Source: an uncultured Clostridiaceae bacterium (GTDB taxonomy: Bacteria > Bacillota > Clostridia > Ch29). Taken from it: 64,000 nt of DNA. The notes beneath the pieces were generated by a model that saw only the letters and a program-made list of their open reading frames with translations, made no database searches and had not been told where the DNA came from. A program made the position numbers and the translations under genes. Shown here one piece after another: positions 60,412-64,000 of this stretch. Position 1 is the first letter of the stretch; the number at the start of each line of letters is the position of its first letter. The stretch is from positions 131,351 to 195,350 of the forward strand of contig CAZDSH010000001.1 of NCBI GenBank assembly GCA_964508195.1. The letters are read 5' to 3'.

Positions 60412-61164
60412 CTATATATCCTGTTCAGTTAAAACCAGGGGACCGTCCTTCGTTATGGCTATCGTGTGTTCGTATTGTGCGGACAATTTCCCATCGGCGG
60501 TCCTTGCGGTCCATCCGTTCGAATCCGCCCTACTGTGCCATGTACCCTCGTTTATCATAGGTTCTATTGTAATAACCATACCTTCTAGTAGCCTAAGCCC
60601 CCTGCCAGGCCGACCAAAGTGCGGTATTTGTGGATCTTCGTGTATAGTTGGTCCGATACCATGACCTGTATAATCCCTTACAACGGCAAACCCCTTACCC
60701 TCGGCATAGGCCTGTATTACATGACCGATGTCTCCGATCCTTGATCCTACATGGGCCTTCTCTATACCCTTATATAAACAATTTCTTGTAACCTCCATGA
60801 GCTTTTTTGCCCTGTCTGAAATCTCGCCGACACCGTAGGTCCACGCGGAATCCGCAAGCCCATTGTTTAAGTTTACAACCATATCTATAGTAACAATATC
60901 CCCGTCCTTTAACGGGGTACTCCGTGGGAAACCGTGACATATCTCATCATTAACGGAGGCGCAGGTGGCATACCCATAGCCCATGTACCCTTTTTGTTCC
61001 GGTGTTGCACCATGTTTTTTTAGATAACTTTCAACAAATCTGTCTATCTCCAGGGTAGAAATGCCGGGTTCTATTATTTTGGATATCTCCCTGTGACAGG
61101 CAGCTAACAGCTTGCCCGCCGCATGCATATTCTTTATTTCCCTTGCTGATTTCAGAGTAATCAA
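60412..61164 (-). CDS. map: Type I methionyl aminopeptidase.
   Basis: 250 aa. Conserved N-terminus IKSAREIKNMHAAGKL. The metal ligands D, D, H, E and E are in typical spacing. TTG start. Confidence 0.88.
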   Translation of the reverse strand: MITLKSAREIKNMHAAGKLLAACHREISKIIEPGISTLEIDRFVESYLKKHGATPEQKGYMGYGYATCASVNDEICHGFPRSTPLKDGDIVTIDMVVNLNNGLADSAWTYGVGEISDRAKKLMEVTRNCLYKGIEKAHVGSRIGDIGHVIQAYAEGKGFAVVRDYTGHGIGPTIHEDPQIPHFGRPGRGLRLLEGMVITIEPMINEGTWHSRADSNGWTARTADGKLSAQYEHTIAITKDGPLVLTEQDI

Positions 61165-61611
61165 TCACATCTGCCCTTTCATTTTAGAAATGCTACATTT
61201 AACCGATTAAATTAATACTATCACATCAAACCCCCGGCCTTCAATAATATTTTCCCAAAAGTCGCCATCCCTTAGCCAAACCCATCTTATTTTTTATGCT
61301 ACCGTCTTGACATAATAAATAGAGGCGACCTATTCCATCCTTTTTAATATATTGGTTTACCTTATTATATCACGTCCTCCCACAGATAGGATCAGGCACC
61401 GTAGCACTCTTTAGTTCGATCACATGGGCGATTAATGATATTGAGGATTATTATCCTTCTGGGCTTTATGGGCGGTTTTCCTTACCACGGTTTACTTGTA
61501 AACGGATCAGAAGTTGATGTAAAAAAATAAAGCCCTGTTTTAATAACTAAGGCGTTTATTAACATCATACGTGAGTAAATAAGTAAGTAAGTAGGCTTTA
61601 AGCCCACCGCT

Positions 61612-62109
61612 TCATCTAGGGGCATAAAAGCACGCTACCTCTTTACCCTTTTTGTTTGTAATTACGTCGCTCTTTGGCGGGTTAACAAGGATCAGCCGAA
61701 TATCTACCCATCCTTTAAAACCAAAGGCAAAACTTTTATGATATTTAAAACCTTTAACACCTTCGATCACATCGGCACCAGGCTCCTTCGCAACGACCAT
61801 TACCCCCGTTACAATACTCGACATATGTTCTCTATGGGGTATCACCAGCCTATCGGTTACGACTTTTAAATCATCTAGAAAAATATCAAGGTCCTCTAGC
61901 CCTAACCGGTCAAAATATTTAATAAGGCAATGTTCATGGTTTTCATAGCTATAAACCTTAGCCTTTTTCGTTAAAAAATACTTTTCGTTCTTTATAAAGG
62001 ACTTAGCATACAAATCGCAACGTATATCCCCTAGGGCCCAGTCCTTCTCAATATCAAAGTAAGCGCTTAACTTTTCCGCCAGATCGTCGATATATCCGTA
62101 ATCCTCCAT
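61612..62109 (-). CDS. Hypothetical protein of 165 aa.
   Basis: ORF only. No recognisable motifs. Confidence 0.4.
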   Translation of the reverse strand: MEDYGYIDDLAEKLSAYFDIEKDWALGDIRCDLYAKSFIKNEKYFLTKKAKVYSYENHEHCLIKYFDRLGLEDLDIFLDDLKVVTDRLVIPHREHMSSIVTGVMVVAKEPGADVIEGVKGFKYHKSFAFGFKGWVDIRLILVNPPKSDVITNKKGKEVACFYAPR

Positions 62110-62212
62110 AGATTCACTTCCCCGATTGTATTAGAACCTAAAACCCCCTCACCAGTCGCCTTCGGGGATTTTGCAAGTTCTTTTTATATTATATTATGTC
62201 GGGGGCAACCAT

Positions 62213-63826
62213 TCAATACCCTTCGATAGTCCCTGCTATTCTGTTCATAAGGACCGCCATTTGGCCCCTGGTTATATTTTCTGTAGGTTTAAAGGTACCG
62301 TCATCGTATCCGACGAACACTCCACGGCTGTTCATCTCTCTAATAGCTTCGTAGGACCATTGACCACGATTAACATCCCTGAAGGGGACATCCTTTTCCT
62401 TTGCAATGTCATCATCGGCATCAATAATCCTTCCTAGGATGACCGCCATCTCTTCCCTGGTAAGGGGTTCCTCGGGACAAAAACTGCCCTGCCCTTTGCC
62501 CTTAACTATACCATGCTCCCAGGCCGTATGTATTTCCCGAGCAGCCCAATGCCCGCCGGGCACATCGTTAAAATAGCCGGTCCCATGACTATTTTGAAGT
62601 CCTAAGGCCCTTACTATTACCGTTGCAGCCTGGCTCCGGGTAAGGGGGCTATCCGGGGCGAAATGGGTACTGGATATACCCTGCATCCAACCCCTGCTCT
62701 CTATATCGGCGATATCCCCCTGGGCCCAATGTCCGAAACTATCCATGAACCAATCCCCGTTAAGCCAAAGGCCAAAATAATCCCAGGTATCAGCGGTCTC
62801 CTGGCCTAGGCTCCAGCTACCGGCCCCCTTTAGCCCGTACTTTTGTACGAGACGTAATTTATGTTTGATCGAATCCTCGTTTTCGAACCACATTACGTAG
62901 GTACCCTGGGGGAGGCTCTTACCGAACAACTTATAATCCCCGCTTCCGGGCCCGACTGTCATGATCGCCTTCGGTGAGGCGGTATATTTATCAAATTCTA
63001 CCTTTCCGTTAAATCTTTTTAACATCTCATGGGCTTTGTTTAAATGCACTCCATAGCCGCCATATTTCTGGCCTACTCGCCAATATCTGCCATAAAAAGG
63101 AACCCCTAATACGATTTTTTCCGCGGGCACGTATTTAAGGGCATATTTTATGGAATCCTCGACAAAGGATAGGCTCGCTACGGGCCCTTGTACGCCGCCC
63201 TCGCTATGCTCGTCGTAGGCCATTATTACTAAATAATCGCTGTACCGGGCTAAAGCCGCGTAATCATAGGAACCCTGCCATCCATTATTAACACCCTTCG
63301 CATTTGCGGCTACGGCTACGGATACCTCCTTTGCCCGGGGTAATTTATCCCGGATTAACCTTACAAGTTCCACATAATCTTCCCGATCCCTTTCCGTGAG
63401 GTTTTCTATATCCACGTTAACCCCATCGAACCCGTATTCCTCTATGGCCTTCGCTATCTGTTCAGCTAACCTTTCCCTATTAGCCATAGCCGCCCTACCC
63501 TTGGCCCTATCCCAATGGTTGCTCAAAAACGGGGCAACCCTTATACCCCGTTCTTCCATGGCCCTTAGGAAATCCCTATCAGTCGCGCCGTTAAGCACTA
63601 AATTTCCCCCTAGGTCCAGGTCAAAGTAACCGGGGGAAACCACATCAAAGGCGCCGCCGGTTTTGTCTACGTTCTGTATAAACGCCCGGGTATCCCCGAA
63701 ATATATGTACGTCATATTAAACCTTTCGCCCTTCGCAAGAGTCCCGTTACAAAAAACAAAACCCATGATTATACTAAAAACTATGCCTATCTTTACAATT
63801 TTCTCCCTAAATATCGGTCTATTCAT
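62213..63826 (-). CDS. Glycoside hydrolase family 18 protein with two C-terminal SLH (S-layer homology) domains.
   Basis: GH18 motif region (FDGVNVDIENL, catalytic DxxDxDxE-like). Two SLH repeats (FNDVPGGHWAAREI... and FRDVNRGQWSYEAI...ITRGQMAVLMNRI). Signal peptide. Start at MNRPIF with AAAGGGGAA upstream. Confidence 0.75.
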   Translation of the reverse strand: MNRPIFREKIVKIGIVFSIIMGFVFCNGTLAKGERFNMTYIYFGDTRAFIQNVDKTGGAFDVVSPGYFDLDLGGNLVLNGATDRDFLRAMEERGIRVAPFLSNHWDRAKGRAAMANRERLAEQIAKAIEEYGFDGVNVDIENLTERDREDYVELVRLIRDKLPRAKEVSVAVAANAKGVNNGWQGSYDYAALARYSDYLVIMAYDEHSEGGVQGPVASLSFVEDSIKYALKYVPAEKIVLGVPFYGRYWRVGQKYGGYGVHLNKAHEMLKRFNGKVEFDKYTASPKAIMTVGPGSGDYKLFGKSLPQGTYVMWFENEDSIKHKLRLVQKYGLKGAGSWSLGQETADTWDYFGLWLNGDWFMDSFGHWAQGDIADIESRGWMQGISSTHFAPDSPLTRSQAATVIVRALGLQNSHGTGYFNDVPGGHWAAREIHTAWEHGIVKGKGQGSFCPEEPLTREEMAVILGRIIDADDDIAKEKDVPFRDVNRGQWSYEAIREMNSRGVFVGYDDGTFKPTENITRGQMAVLMNRIAGTIEGY

Positions 63827-63898
63827 GTCCGTTCCCCTTTCTTCTTTATAATAAAAATAATAAGTTAGGGGGACATAAATAGCAATGCACAATTTATG

Positions 63899-64000
63899 TT
63901 AACCTTCGGACATCTTACCGGTAAGTTCTTCTATCTTAACCTTTATCACAGCAAGCCTATTAAGAGTCTCCTTTGGATAATCGCCCTGGGGCTTTCCTAT
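63899..64000 (-). CDS. Partial CDS. It is the C-terminal end of a gene that begins beyond the right edge of the window.
   Basis: Open frame ending ...DYPKETLNRLAVIKVKIEELTGKMSEG with stop TAA at 63899..63901. Confidence 0.3.
   Translation of the reverse strand: MGKPQGDYPKETLNRLAVIKVKIEELTGKMSEG

Noticed and set aside
61390-61430. T-loop-like GTTCGATC motif, tested as a possible tRNA.
   Set aside because: No acceptor, D or anticodon stems can be formed around it.

Overview
This 64-kb window looks like chromosome from a spore-forming Firmicute, probably a member of the Clostridia. Almost every gene is on the minus strand. Most of the window is recognisable core and sporulation genes; I see no complete mobile element, CRISPR array or defence island.

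From left to right the window contains:
- a truncated gene of unknown function, a small hypothetical gene, and an isolated tRNA-Pro(GGG) gene with its terminator;
- an 11-kb catabolic island that looks accessory: an MFS transporter, a four-carbon acid-sugar kinase (OtnK-like), a xylose-isomerase-fold isomerase, a 3-hydroxyacyl-CoA-dehydrogenase-family enzyme, an acetamidase/formamidase-like protein, a TctABC tripartite tricarboxylate transporter, an HpcH/HpaI aldolase and an IclR regulator;
- core and sporulation genes: spoIVA, gpsA, plsY, der, a PDZ/radical-SAM DUF512 protein, spoIIP, a membrane protein, pgeF, nrdR and ylmC/ymxH;
- sigG, sigE and spoIIGA, followed by a complete division and cell-wall (dcw) cluster running from ftsZ and ftsA through sbp, two DUF881 genes, divIB, murA, murG, ftsW/spoVE, murD, mraY, murF, murE, a class B penicillin-binding protein, ftsL and rsmH to mraZ;
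- lgt, a pair of M16 peptidases, a membrane-anchored chelatase-like protein, pduL, aroC, a SleB/CwlJ-type cortex hydrolase, punA, an M23 peptidase, a PPC-domain protein and deoC;
- three unrecognised proteins, a cobO-type adenosyltransferase with a long structured leader, a two-gene DUF2089 plus SHOCT-like operon with a consensus promoter and palindromic operator, a GltS-like FMN protein, a 5-formyl-THF cyclo-ligase, map, another hypothetical, and a GH18 hydrolase with SLH domains.

The best candidates for something new are the variant acid-sugar catabolic island, the DUF2089 operon and its operator, the cobO leader, the membrane-anchored chelatase-like protein, and the unknown operon containing deoC.
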